Position numbers and translations under genes: made by a program
The notes under the pieces: generated by a model
Told to the model about the DNA's origin: nothing
Database searches by the model: none
Seen by the model: the letters and a program-made list of their open reading frames with translations, nothing else
Part shown: positions 13,451 to 27,100 of the stretch, piece by piece
Layout: the number at the start of each line of letters is the position of its first letter
How positions within the stretch are numbered: the first letter of the stretch is position 1
Assembly: GCF_009914755.1 (NCBI RefSeq)
Contig: NC_060927.1
Direction: 5' to 3' (one strand)
Length of the DNA stretch: 64,000 nt
Source: the human T2T-CHM13v2.0 reference genome, Homo sapiens

Positions 13451-15057
13451 CATATTCTTTTTCTAGGAGGTCTAGAATCCCTCAGGAAAGACTTCCAATA
13501 ATGTGTCTGAAATTCTCAGGATGAATGTTTTCTTAGATTCCCACCCTGATTCTCTTTCTAAAAATAGAAAGGTATTAGGGAAAAAGAGTTCGTTCAATTC
13601 TCTTTATTGTGTCAAGTTTATAACTTATAATGAATATTCCTTAATAACTCTTTCTTCTCCCATACTTTCTTCTTTTTTCTCCTTTTTTGTCCTCCTTTCT
13701 CATACCCAAATCCTACTAAGGCCAAAGTTTCAAGGAGAAAAACATTAAAAATTATCAAAGCCAATGAGAAGGGCATTTTAATTCTATTTCTTTTTCCAAT
13801 ACCAAGTTCTATTCTTCTGCAACAGTCTTCTAACTTAAATTAAATTTGCAGAAGTACGGGCAATCCAGAAATATTTCTTAACAAAGATATATATATAATA
13901 GGGGCTGTCATCTCTGGGAACAGAGCCAGGTCATTTGAGAGCAGTTTCTGGTCTATCACATGTTTGGAAATGTTCTCCATCAGGCAATCCCTCTCCTGTC
14001 AGACTACATGAGTGACTGCTATTGATATAACTCAGTGTCGGTTGATCATGAGCAAAGCTAATGGTTCACAAGAAAACCACTCCTCTGTGTGTTCAACAAA
14101 ATTCTCTCCTCTCTTTTTTGATTCTCAAGCAAATTACCTTTCAGAAGCAGTTGAGAAAAGCACCAATCAAAACCAATTCAATTTCTTAAATTGTGAACGT
14201 TTAAGTTTATGGGACAATATTACAGCTATTCATTCATCTTTCACATTAAAATAATTCAGTTCACAAAAGGGCAGATAATATGTTGGGTTTGCTTAGTTTT
14301 TTTGGCTCACTCTAAAGACTTCATCCAGAAAAAAAATTGCCCCAAATCGGATAACTGAATGCTATGGCTCTCAACTCCCCCATTCTCTCATGGAGAGCTT
14401 TGTTACTTTACCATGTCACTTAACTCCTCTCAATCTCATTTGTTCCATGGTAATTAATATGATACTGTTAATGAAATGATTAAAACATAACAGCCTGAGA
14501 TACACCTGCAAAGGGCATTACACAGACTACTGAAAGATGTTACATAAGGAGTGTATAGTGCTGTGCAAATGTAGCATCAGTTTTATGTTTAAGAAGGCTC
14601 TCCACACTAAGGGAGCTTTCAGATCAATTGGAGCCTAGATCAATTTATCACATGAATTACGAATGCAAGGACAAAGAATGAGAAACAATACATGCATATT
14701 AGAGATACAACACTAGCCTAAGCTCAATGCTTAAATATTTATTAGAGATTTGCTCACAGCGCCTTAGACTATAAGACACTTAAATTCAACTCAAACTGGT
14801 TTAGTAAGAAAAGAATTTATTGGCTTTTATAACTAAAAAGTTCAAGTAGTGTGTATTAAAGGCATTGCTAGAGCCAGGCAATATTGTCACCAACTTTCCT
14901 CTATCAATCTCTCAGCTGTCCTTTTCACCTATGCTAGCTTTATTCTAAGATATGCTTCCATCTCCTGATTGCACGATGGCCACCATCTTGCCCTTAAGTG
15001 TACATCAGTGGATAGCAGACAGCTTCTTTTTCCTAGTATTAAAATAAAAATCTCAGA

Positions 15058-15791
<734 letters not shown>

Positions 15792-16264
15792 TCTTAGATG
15801 TGGTGCTTATTCATTTGGATTCAACAGGCTTGACCACATGTCCTCTACTAAACTAATATTTGTAACCAGTTAAACACAGTAAGCTTATTGGCTCAGCATG
15901 GGCCTTGTGTCCACCCCTGGAACCGTGGGGTACAGTTAGAAACATTTAGACTATACAGGCTGAGAATAGGACTGGGGTAGTCTACCAAAATTAAATTATG
16001 AGAAATTGATTTTGGGGAGGCACGACCAGCATAAATCATCTAAATGAGCAAATGCTTAAGCAAAGAGAGAGAGAGAGGGAGACTTAATAGGAGCCCTGAA
16101 GTCAAGAGCAATCATTTCAAAATATAGGAACACAGTTGACTGGAATAATATAGGCTTCATAGGGAAGAATCTAGATCAGATAAGGGCCTTTCTTCAGCCC
16201 CGAGAATTGTGGTTCCCAACAATTTCTTAGTGAAGAGAAATTTAAAACTGGGTCAAAACCATAT

Positions 16265-16765
16265 GTAATCTTGCATTTAAAAAAATAAAAAGAATGTATT
16301 GGCTTACCTAACTAAAAAGTTCAGAATTAGGGCAGAATTTAAGCAATACTTGAGCTCTCAGCTTAACACTCACATCAAAGATAAATTTCTTGTTTTTTTT
16401 TTTTTTTGCTCTGATTTTTACAACGTTGGCTTTATTCTGAGCTTGGCTTCCCTCCTATTTCCCAAATGCTGCCAGCAGCTCTTGGGTCATCACGCTGCCT
16501 TGTCCAGAAAGAAACTAAGAACATCTCTGACGTAAATTTTCCTGCAAAAGTCCTGACACTTTTCTTTTTTTCTTTTCTTTTTTTTTTTGACTACTTTAGT
16601 TCACATGTCCACCCTTGAACTGTGAACTGGGTTCAGGGGCTAGAAAAACATGTTGGCTTAGCCTATATTACATCTTCCATTCCTAAAGCTAAGAGTACCA
16701 CAATCTGGGATTATGGGAAAGTAGAGACTGCATACTAGGAAGCCCGCCAACAGATGTACCCTATA
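16265..16765 (-). mobile_element. LTR33-family solo LTR
   Basis: GAATGTATTGGCTTACCTAACTAAAAAGTTCAG...GTTCACATGTCCACCCTTGAAC...CAACAGATGTACCCTATA. Confidence 0.7.
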
Positions 16766-16819
16766 GGAAATAATGAACTACTTTTTCATTACAACCTTAT
16801 ACCTTCTCAATTTGTAAGA

Positions 16820-17380
16820 AACACCCATTACACTTTACCGCATTTGTTTTTACAATCATATGTCATTTACAAGACTCTAGGTGGGTTCCTTTGATGGCAG
16901 GAAATACCCTTTGTCACTCCTCTTTCCCCCAGAATAAACTGTAGAAGCTTAATAAATGTTTGAATACATAAATGATCTTAAACATTATTTAAAGAGGCTT
17001 GAACTTTATTCTGCAGATAATAAGGCACTCTCTAAGGGTTTTGATAGAACAGAATTATAATCTAAGATGTTTTAAAACCAGCAATGTTGAAACAAATGGA
17101 AAAAAGGAAACTAGTACAGAGGCTATCATGGTTGTCCAAGCAAATGATTCCAAAAAAATCTAATCAATGGCAAAGGCAGTGGGACTGAAGAAGAACGCAA
17201 TTTCTGAAAATTTTCAGAAGTGGAATAGGATAGGCTTTGATGATTAGTGAAACATGGGGCCTGATGAAGGAATGAGCTAAAGAAAACTCAGTGTTCTCAT
17301 TTGAATGATCAGGTGAATGGACCAAGAAAAGAAAAAAAAAAAAAAAAGCAAGTAACAAGTTTGCAAGAGAAATTAAAAAG
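16820..17380. mobile_element. Two L2 fragments (+ then -)
   Basis: GCTTAATAAATGTTTGAAT terminus near 16960; GAACTTTATTCTGCAGATAATAAGGCACT reverse-strand L2 from about 16995. Confidence 0.5.
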
Positions 17381-17959
17381 CTCATTATATATAATCTATA
17401 GAACTCAATACCTGTTCATAAATACTTGAAGAGGAAGAGCTATTTATTTGTAAATATTTTGCTAGCTTCCCACAAATCAGAGAGGTAATTATTTTTTAAT
17501 GAATGTTAGCTCTGAGTATATCATGCCAAGAATTGATTACCCTAATGCAACTAGTTTATGTCATGACTTCTCCCATTTATATTTGGCTTAGCATGTTTTT
17601 ATTTTGATATCTAGGTGGCCTACAGAATTTCTTGAGACAGCTGCCTCTAACAGTAAGAGAATACACAGTGATGGATAATAGCCAAATCCACTAAAGCAGC
17701 CTGTGAGCAATGCTAAAGACTGGGGATAGGAAGAATATGGATTTTGTTTTCCTGCTGTTAAATTTTTACATCTGAGCAGGGATGAGCTAAAATCCCTGAC
17801 CACACTCCTTCAGAAATTATATTTGCCATTGGTTTCCTGCCGATGGATATTGATAGAACAGAGTGTTAAACTAGCTGTCTAGTGGCTAGCTTTTTACTTC
17901 CTTTTCTCCACTGATCTCAAAAGAGGTGAATTCTTGTAGTCAGAGTAGGGAGGGGCTTT

Positions 17960-18200
17960 GGAGCATAGCTTTGGATCAGGACAGATCTGGGCTTGAATTG
18001 GATATCAACTATTTGTTATCTGTGACACTGTGAATACATATTCCATTCTCTTTAAGCCTCGGTTACCTTATCTCTAAAAAGAGTATAATAGCTGTTACTT
18101 AACTCATTGTTGTAAGAATTAATATATGAAAAGCACTTAGCACAGTGCCCAAATAAGACCAAATGTTATCAAATGGGTTCAGACATTACTACTACTATTT
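17960..18200 (+). mobile_element. MIR
   Basis: GACAGATCTGGGCTTGAAT...CTCTTTAAGCCTCGGTTACCTTATCTCTAAAA...AAAGCACTTAGCACAGTGCC. Confidence 0.8.
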
Positions 18201-18217
18201 CAATTGTGAATGAAACA

Positions 18218-20671
18218 TGCTATAGTTTGGATATTTGTCCCCACCAAGCCTCATGTTGATATGTAATCCCCAGTGTTGGAGATGGGGCCTGGTGGGAAGG
18301 TGTTTGAGTCATAAGGATGAATCTCTCGTGGCTTGGTGCTGTCCTCATGTTAGTGACTGTGTTCTCATGAGATCTGATTTTTTAAATATGTGGCACCTCC
18401 CCCACTCTCTCTTGTTTCCACTCTGCCATGTGAGATGCCTGTTCCCCCTTTGCACTCTTCCCTGAGTAAAAGCTCCCTGAAGCCTCCCTAGAAACAGAGC
18501 AGACACTGGTACTTTGCTTTCTGTAAAGCCTACAGAACTATGAGCCAATAAAACCTCTCTTTTAAAAAAAAAATAAATTACCAAGCCTCAGATATTTCTT
18601 TATAGCAATGCAAGAATGACCTAATACAGAAACTTGGTATTGAGGAGTGGGGCATTACTATAAAGATACCTGAAAATGTGGAATTGACTTTGGATAACAG
18701 TAATAGGTTCCAGTTGGAAGAGTTTGGAGGGCTCAGAAGATGATAAGAAGATGAGGGAAAGTTTGGAAGTTCTTAGAGACTGGTTAAATGGTTATGACCA
18801 AAATGCTGATAGTGATATGGACAGTGAAGTCCAAGCTGACAAGTCTCAGATAGAAATTAGGAACTTATTGGGAATTGGGGCAAAAGTCATCTTTGTTATG
18901 TCTTAGCAAAGAACTTGGCTGCATTGTATTCATGCCCTAGGGATCTGCAGAAGTTTGAACTTAAGAATGATGACCTAGAATATCTGGCAGAAGAAATTTC
19001 TAAGTAGCAAAGCATTCAAGATGTGGCGTGTCTGCTTCTAGCAACCTATGATCAGATGTGGGAGAAAATAGCTGACTTAAAGTTGGAACTTATATTTAAA
19101 GGGGAAGCAGTGTGTAAAAGTTTGGAAAATTTGTAACCTGGCCAAGTGGGCAGAGAAAGAAAAAGCTTTTTCAGGAAAAGAATTTAAGCAGGCTGTGGAG
19201 CAATCACTTGCTAAAGAAATTTGCATAACTAAATGGGAGCCAGGTGCAGATAGCCAAGACTATGGGGAAAAGGCCTTGAAGGCATTTCAGAGATCTCTGG
19301 GACAGCCACTCCCATCACAGGCCCAGAGGCCCAGGATAACCTACTGATGTCAGGAGCCAAGCCCAGGGCCCCACTGCTCTGCACAGTCTCAGAACACTGC
19401 TCCCCACATCTCAGCCACTCTCACTCTAGCCTCAGCACAAAGTGTCCCAGTTACAGCTTAGGCTGCTGCTTCAGATCATGCAAGTTGAAAACCACATGGT
19501 ATTAAGCCTGCAAGTGCACAGAGTACAAGAGTAAGGGGGGTTTGGCAGCCTCTGCCTAGATTTCAGAGAATGTATAAGAAAGACTGGGTGCCCAGGCAAA
19601 GCCTACTGAAGGGGCAGAATCCTCACAAAGAACCTCTACTAGGGCAGTGCCAAAGGGAAATGTGAGATTGGAGGCCTCACACAGATTCCTCACTGCAGTA
19701 CTACCTAGTGGAGCTGCAAGAAGGGGACCACTGTCCCCCAGACCCCAGAAGGGTATATCCACGAGTAGCTTGTACCCTGCACCTGGAAAAGCCATAGGCA
19801 TTCAATGCCAACCAGTGACAGCAGCCATGGGGGCTGAACCCTGCAGAGATACAAAGATGGAGCTGTCCAAGGCCTTAGGAGCCTAAGGATGCACTGGCAT
19901 TCTTGCACCAGTGTGCCCAGGATGTTGGGCATGGAGTCAAAGGAGATTATTTTGAAGCTTTGAGATTTAATGACTGCCCTGCTGGGTTTTGAACTTGCAT
20001 GGGGCCTATAGTTCCTTTCTTTTGTCTAATTTCCCCTGGAATGGGAATGTTTAGCCAATGCCTACAACCCCATTGTATCTTGGAGGTAAACTTGTTTTGA
20101 TTTTATATCTCATAGGTGGAAGAAACTCACTTCCAGATGACCCTTGGGACTTTAGATTTTTGAGTAAATACCAGAATGAGTTAAGACTTTGGGGGGACTG
20201 TTGGGAAGGCATGATTATATTTTGCAATGTGAGAAGGACATGGGATCTGGGGGAGTCCAGGGATGGAATAATATAGTTTGGATATTTGTCCCCACTCAAA
20301 TCTCATGTTGAAATGTAATCTCCAGTGTTGGAGGTGGAGCTATGTGGGAGGTTTTTTGATCATGGGGGTGAATCCCTCATGGCTTGGTGTTATCCCCATG
20401 GTAGTGAGTGAGTTCTCATGAGATCTAGTTCTTCAAAGTATGTGGCACCTACCCCACTCTCTCGTTCCTGTTCTGCTATATGAGATGCCTGCTCCCCCTT
20501 TGCTTTCTGCCATGAGTAAAAGCTCACTGAGGCCTTCCCAGAAGCTGAGCAGATGCTGAAGCTGTGCTTCCTATAAAGACTAAAAAACTGTAAGCCAGTT
20601 AAACCTCTTTTCTTTATAAATTACCAAGCCTCAGGTGTTTCTTTATAGCAGTGCAAAAAAGGCCTAATGCA
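18218..20671 (+). mobile_element. Complete MaLR element, MST type (MSTA1/MSTB-like): 5' LTR 18218-18628, internal 18629-20268, 3' LTR 20269-20671
   Basis: Two homologous LTRs (TGCTATAGTTTGGATATTTGTCCCC...CTAATACA) flank MaLR internal sequence with a decayed gag-like ORF relic (18724-18906); purine tract before the 3' LTR. Confidence 0.93.
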
Positions 20672-21189
20672 GAATACTCTTCAACTATAAAAAAGAATGA
20701 GATCCCATCATTTGCAACAACATAAATGGAACTGGAGGACATTATGTTAAGTGAAGTAAGCCAGGCACAGAAAGATAAACTTTACATGTTCTCACTCATT
20801 TGTTGAAGCTAAAAATTAAAACAATTGAACTTATGGAGATAGAGTAGAAGGATGGTTACCAGAGGCTGGGAAAAGTAGTGGGAGCAGCAAGGGAAAATGG
20901 TTAATGGGTATACAACTATAGTTAGATAGAATGAATAAGATCTAGTAGATCTAGTCTTTGATAGCATAACAGGGTTCTTAGAGTCAACAAAAATTTATTG
21001 TACATTTAAAAATAACCAAAAGAATATAATTGGAATGTTTGCAACACAAAGAAATGATAAATGCTTGAGGTGGTGGATATCCTATTTCCCCTTGTATGAT
21101 TATGAAGCATTGTATGACTGTATCAAAATAGCTCATGTACCCCAAAAATATATACACCTATTATGTATCCATAAAAATTAAAATACATA
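20672..21189 (+). mobile_element. L1MA (L1MA2/3-like) 3' end
   Basis: AAAAAGAATGAGATCC...GGAACTGGAGGACATTATGTTAAGTGAA...AAAACAATTGAACTTATGGAGATAGAGTAGAAGGATGGTTACCAGAGGCTGGG...CATGTACCCC...AAAAATTAAAA. Confidence 0.92.
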
Positions 21190-21729
21190 TAATTGTGAGA
21201 TGTAATTTGGAACTCAGTGGGACCCCATTCTCTTAATATACAGATAAGGAATTTATTGTGAGAGCTATTTATCCATCTCCTCATTCTGAATTTCTTGGGA
21301 ACTAGCAAGGAATATGGAATAGTGGAAATAAATGAGGATTTGAAGACTCAAAGATCCAGGTCCAAACATGTTTTCCATCATTTTTGGCCCATTTAAACAT
21401 TGATGATAATAGTACTTCTTTCCATCAAGGTTATAGAGTTATTCGATAAGAGAGCTGTAGGTAGAATGAGCTCAATGAGATTAGGGCTTTTATCCTTGTT
21501 CACTGGTATACCCCACAAATTTTACCTAGTGTCTGGCATGAAATAGGTACTCAACCAACATTAGATGGTACTGAGGTAATTTGTGCTTTGCCTGGTTCTT
21601 AGTAGGTCTCCATTAAATCTTATTCTCTCCATTTTCCACTCCTCCATTAGCTAGGAGTCCAAGGAGTCCAAGGACAGCCTTGGAGCACAGAAACAGAATT
21701 GTCAGAGATATTGGGCTTCAATTTTTTTT

Positions 21730-22125
21730 AAAACAAAGCTATAGCTAGTCCATGAGCCAATTCCACTCTTCAGATATTTTTTGTTCTACACAGCTCTGTT
21801 AAGAGGTTTTAATAAGTTTCTAGCATTTAGGAGAATAAAATATTTCACATCAATATCTGAATTCTAGGTCCAGAAAAGTTGGAAAATCTGGCAATGCATG
21901 AGTATATTCTCAAGAGTCAGCAAAAAAGCAAGAGATCTGCTCCCTTTAAACACGGCATATGTGTCCCAATTTACCACGACCTCTGCCACTCCCTACTGTT
22001 CTCTGACACTGTAGTTGACTTGCTATTCATTATCACCTTTTCTCTACTGTTTTCTTATATCCAAATGCCACTCTATATTACCTCCCTGATTACTGAAGGT
22101 ATTGCCTCTGTCACCTCTGTTCTAT
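21730..22125. mobile_element. hAT-Charlie relic (MER102/Charlie4-like)
   Basis: ATTTCACAT...GGAAAATCTGGCAA...CCACTCCCTACTGT...GACACTG...TTGCTATTCATTATCAC resembles that family. Confidence 0.55.
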
Positions 22126-22279
22126 AGTTTTAAAATGGTCAATGAGAAAGAGATGGATCAATGCATAATTTTAAGCCTATGGTTGGAATGGAGATTTAAA
22201 TACAAGGTGAGGATCAGGTGGACATTCATGTAATAGTCCTTTCTCTTGCTCAGATGATAATGATAAAGCTATGTCAAAG

Positions 22280-22406
22280 TAGGGTTTATATTTTAAAATA
22301 AAGTTTTCCTAATCTGTGAATGTCAATAACATAAATATCACCACTGATACCATAGAAACCCTGAAATATTTGGGATATTTCATAAATGTTTAAATTTAAA
22401 ACCCTG
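22280..22406. mobile_element. Short hAT-like MITE (MamRep1894-like)
   Basis: Imperfect terminal inverted repeats TAGGGTTTATATTTTAAA ... TTTAAATTTAAAACCCTG spanning 127 bp. Confidence 0.4.
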
Positions 22407-23759
22407 AATGTCTTTATAGCAACGGCATATCTAGAAACATTGACTGTGCTTATGCTTTGGTACTGAATCTTAAATAATTTCATGGACCAATGGCATCTGA
22501 ATCAGTAGTCAGCTACAGAGGGGGTGACAAAGAGTATTTGCTGCTTTTGTGACCATTGCTATCAAAATGACTGTGATATGTTTTTCCTAGTCTTTGTTTA
22601 TGGAAATTAGCAATTTGTGGCCTCAAGAATTTTAGGATTTATCATCCTAAGATAAGATGATGAGAAGCAAGAAAATGTAATCCTTTGCAACTAACTTTAA
22701 AACATCCGGGCTCATGGGATGTGGAATAAGTGAAAGCTACCCAAAATCTAAGCAGAGAAGAAGGAGAAATGTGGGAAGGAGAGAAGAGAAAAATTCAAGT
22801 AGCCCAAGATTTTATCCTCATTTTTTTCAGGTTATAAAAGAAAACTGCAAAAAGAGAGGGGAATGAAAAGGAGGAGGAATAGGAAAGAAAGAGGAATGAG
22901 AAGGCAGAACAGGAGAAAATAATTAGTTGTAGAATTGATAGGAGTTTTATCTTTCCTTTTCTCCCTTTTGGAGACCACATAAAAGTAAAAAAAAAAAAAT
23001 CAAGATCATAAAGAGTTTACAAGGAGCCCTTATTTGATGAAATATGTCGGCCTATATCAGCCTAGGAATCTATGAAAACTCTAACTCTTAGGAACTTGTT
23101 CTTGACTTACAATTGTCCCTATCATGAAAGCTAGCAATAAAAAAAATTCATCTTTAGTTTCAATTGATTTCCCTCTCCACATGCAAGAACATAAAACTTC
23201 TTTCCTCAGGACTCAGTACTTTAAAGTCTTAAATTGACTCACAGAGTTGTGTTAGATTTTATTAATGAACAAATAAAAAGGAATGTAGGGTACAGGAAAC
23301 CTGATTATGGCCATAGATACAGCTATTTTCTCCTCTATCATATATCATAAATAAAGTTAATATTTTGACGTTCATCTGAGTCATCTATTTATCTATTCCT
23401 TATTTCTGAACCTAGAGAGGCAAGAGAGAAGTGTTATTTATTGTTTCATAAAACTTCCAATTAGTGAATCAACTGGGAACCTTGATAGATAGTTATTAGC
23501 ACTGATATTTAGAGACTGAGATAGTTCATGGAATCCATGGAGACATGATGGATATTGGTTGAATCAGGGCAGGAAGATGAGACTTTAAGCTTCAGTGTTT
23601 CATAAACTCAAGCTTCTCTGTTTATTTTATGTTGGTAATTCATAATAGCTTCCATGGTGATTATGCAGCTGTTTTTTAATAAGTATGAGCTGTGGGACCT
23701 CTGCAAGTTCCTTTGACTGTTTTTATGGGCACAAATTGGCTTTAGCAGGGACTATATCG

Positions 23760-23895
23760 ACATTCATTCATTCAAATGCACAAATATTTGATGAGGACTC
23801 ACTAAGTGCCAGGCACTGCTCTGAGTTCCCAGAACACATCAGGGAGCAAAGAGTAGGTAAAGGTAAAGAGGAACAGGAATTTCACAGGTTAGAGG
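23760..23895 (-). mobile_element. L2 3' end
   Basis: CATTCATTCATTCA...AAATATTTGATGAGGACTCACTAAGTGCCAGGCACTG. Confidence 0.75.
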
Positions 23896-23899
23896 AGGG

Positions 23900-24151
23900 T
23901 TTCCAATATAAAAACTGTAAGACATGACAGAGAAGATCACTGTATAATGATAAAGAGATCAATTCTTCAAGAGAATATAACAATTTTACATATATATGCA
24001 CCCAACAATGGAGTACCCAGATACATACAGGAAACATTGTTAGGGCTAAAGAGAGATATAGGCCTCAAAACAACAATAGCTGGGAACAACACCCCACTTT
24101 CAGCATTGGAGAGGTCCCTCAGACAGAAAATCAGCAAAGAAACATCGAACT
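23900..24151 (+). mobile_element. L1 ORF2 endonuclease fragment, inverted relative to the adjacent L1 body
   Basis: Translates to MIKRSILQENITILHIYAPNNGVPRYIQETLLGLKRDI...IAGNNTPLSALERSLRQKISKET, matching the L1 ORF2p APE domain. Confidence 0.92.
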
Positions 24152-27100
24152 ATGTCTTTTGATTGGAGTGTTTAGTCCATTTACATTCAATGTTATTAAT
24201 CATAAGTAAGGACTTATTCCTTCATTCTTGTCTTCCTCTAGTGAAGATAATTTTCTCTGGTGATATTATTTAGTTTCTTGCTTTATATTTTTTGTGTATC
24301 CATTGTATTTTTTTTTTTTGGTTTGAGGTTACCATGAGGCTTGCAAATAACTATCTTATAACCCGTTATTTTAACCGATAACAACTTAACACTATTTGCA
24401 TAAAGAAGCAAAAAGAAAACTATTAAAACTCACCTTACCTTTGTACCCTGCTTTTTAACATTTTGTTTTTTCTATTTATATATTACTGTACTGACTATGT
24501 CTTGAAAAGTTGTTGTAGTTATTGTTTTGGATTGGTTCGTCTTTCGTCTTTCTATTTAGGATAAGAGTAGTTTATACACCACAGTTATAGTACTATAATA
24601 TTCTGTGTTTTTCTGCATACTTATTATTATGAGTGAGTTTTGTACCTTCAGGTAATTATTTATTGCTCATTAATATCCTTTTCTTTCTGATTGAACTATT
24701 CCCTTTAGCATTTCTTGTAGGACAGGTCTAGTATTGATGAAATTCCTCAGCTTTTGTTTGTCTGGGGATGTCTTTATTACTTCTTCATGATTAAAAAATA
24801 TTTTCACAAGATACACTATGCTAGGGTAAGTTATTTATTTTTCCTTCAGCACTTTAAATATATCTTGTCACTCTCTCCTGGCCTGTAAAATTTCCAGAGA
24901 AAAGTCTGCTACCAGACATACTGGAGCTCCATTATTTATTATTTGTTTCCTTTCTATTACTGCTTTTAGGATTCTTTCTTTATCCTTGATCTTTGGGAGT
25001 TTTATTATTGAATGCCTTGAGGTAGTCTGCTTTGTGTTAAATCTCCTCAGTGTTCTAGAACCTACTTTTACTTGGATATTGATATCTTCCTCTAGGCTTA
25101 GGAAGTTCTCTGCCATTATCCCTTTTAATAAATTTTCTACCCTTATCTGTTTCTCTACCTCCTCTTTAAGGCCAACAACTCTTGGATTTAACCTTTAGAG
25201 CCTATTTTCTAGATTCTGTAGACATGCTTCATTGTTTTCTTTCATCTCCTCTGTATATTTTCAAATAGACTGTCTTCAAGCTCACCTATTCTTTCTTCTG
25301 CTTGATATATTCTGCTGTGAAAGGACTCTGATGGATTTTTCAGTATGCCAATTGCATTTTTCACCTCCAGAATTTCTGATTGATTCTTTTTAAATGTTTC
25401 AATCTCTTTGTTAAACTCATCTGATATAATTCTGAATTCTTTCATTGTTATCTTGAATTTCTTTGAGTTTCCTCAACACAGCTATTTTGAATTCTCTAAC
25501 TGAAAAGTCACATATTTCTGTTCCTCCAGGGTTGATTTCTGGTGCATTATTTATTTCACTTAGTAAGGTCATGTTTTCCAGGATGGTGTTGATGCTAGTA
25601 GATGTTCTCTGGTGTCTGGGCACTGAAGAGTTAGGGCATTTATCGTAGTCTTCACTGCCTGGGCTTATTTGTAGCCATCCTTCTTGGGAAGGCTTTCCAG
25701 ATATTTGAAAGGACTTCGATATCGTAATCTAAGATGTTTCTACTTTATGGGGCACCCCAAGCTCAGTAATGTCCTAGTTCTTGTAGACTTGTAGAGGAAT
25801 CACCTTGATAGTCTTGGACAAGATCCGACAGAATTCTTTGGATTACCAGGCAGAGACTCTTCTCTTCCCTTACTTTCTCCCAAACATACAGTCTCTCTCT
25901 CTTTTCTTGAAAACCTACATCTGGGGGTGGAGTGACACAAGTGGCCACCATCACTATGACTGACTGACCTGAAACCAGCACAGAGCTCGGTCTTGCCCAA
26001 GGCCTGCTGTAACCACTCCCTGGCTATTGCCAATGTTTGCTACAGGCCCTGGGTCTCTACGATCAGCAGGTGGCAAGGCCAGCCAGGCCTGTGTTCTTCC
26101 CTTCAGGGTGGCAAGCTCCTGCTGGCCCTGAGTGGGTCTAGAAGTACCCTCTGGGAGTCAAGGACAAAAGTCAAAAACTTTAGAAGTATACCTGGTATTA
26201 TATTGTATTGCAGCTAAACTGGCACTCAAACCAGGAGATGTAGCCATTTCCACTCTTCTCTCCCCTTTCCAAAGGCAAAGGAGACTCACCCCATAGCCAA
26301 CACTGCCTCTGGCCAGGAGTACTGCCAGACTGCCACTGATGTTCCCTTAAAGCCCAAGGTCTCTTAAGTCAGTTTGTGGTAAATGCTGTCTGGCCTGGGA
26401 CTCATACTTTAGGGCAGTGGGTGCCCCTCTGACCCAAGGCAGGTCAAGAAATGCCATCCAAGGGTCAAGTCCTGGAATCAGGAACCCCAAGAGCCCGCTT
26501 GGTGCTCTACCTACCTGTGGCAGTCTTGGTACCTAAGGTGCAAGACAAAGTCCCCTTTTCTTTTCTCTCTGCTTTTCTCAAGCATAAAGACTTTTGCACC
26601 ATAGCCACCATGGCTGGTAATGTGCTGAGTCTCACCTGAAGCCAGCAAGTCTCAGAGGCTCACCAAGTCCCTCAGTGTAGTACCTGGGTATTGCTGCTCG
26701 TTACTCAGGGCCCAAGCGCTCTTTAGTTAGCAGCATAACCCAGGGGGTTCAAGGCAGCAGATTCCCTTCTGAACTAGGGTGTTTCTAGAAATGCCATCTG
26801 GGAGCTAGGGCCTGGAATGGAGGCCTCATGACTCCGACCAGTACATTATCCTGCTGTGGCTGAGCTGTTTCCAGGAGGCAAGACAAAGTCCTCCCTATTC
26901 TTCCCTCTCCTCTCATCAAGCTGAAGGAAGGAGTCTCTTTTGGAGCTACCAGCTGTGCAGCCTAGGATTAGGAAAGGGGTGATGCCAGCACTCCTTTGGG
27001 CTTCCCCAGCTGGTGTCTTAGTATGTTGTGTGCCCCCAAAAGTCCACTCTCTCTGGGCATAGTTCAGCCCTACAACTTGCCTAAGATTTGCAGGTCTTAC

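Noticed and set aside
18724-19932. ORFs in MST and THE1 internal regions (also 40258-41301)
   Set aside because: Fragmented MaLR internal relics with stops and frameshifts; no intact gag-like gene.
23947-25648. L1 ORF1p/ORF2p-like peptides (also 43861-45153)
   Set aside because: Broken relics of dead L1 copies; recorded under mobile elements, not as CDS.
25900-27000. Recurring ~330-bp-period similarity (GACAAAGTCC...) in a GC-richer block
   Set aside because: Internal repeats of the L1MA 5' UTR, not an independent element or CpG island.
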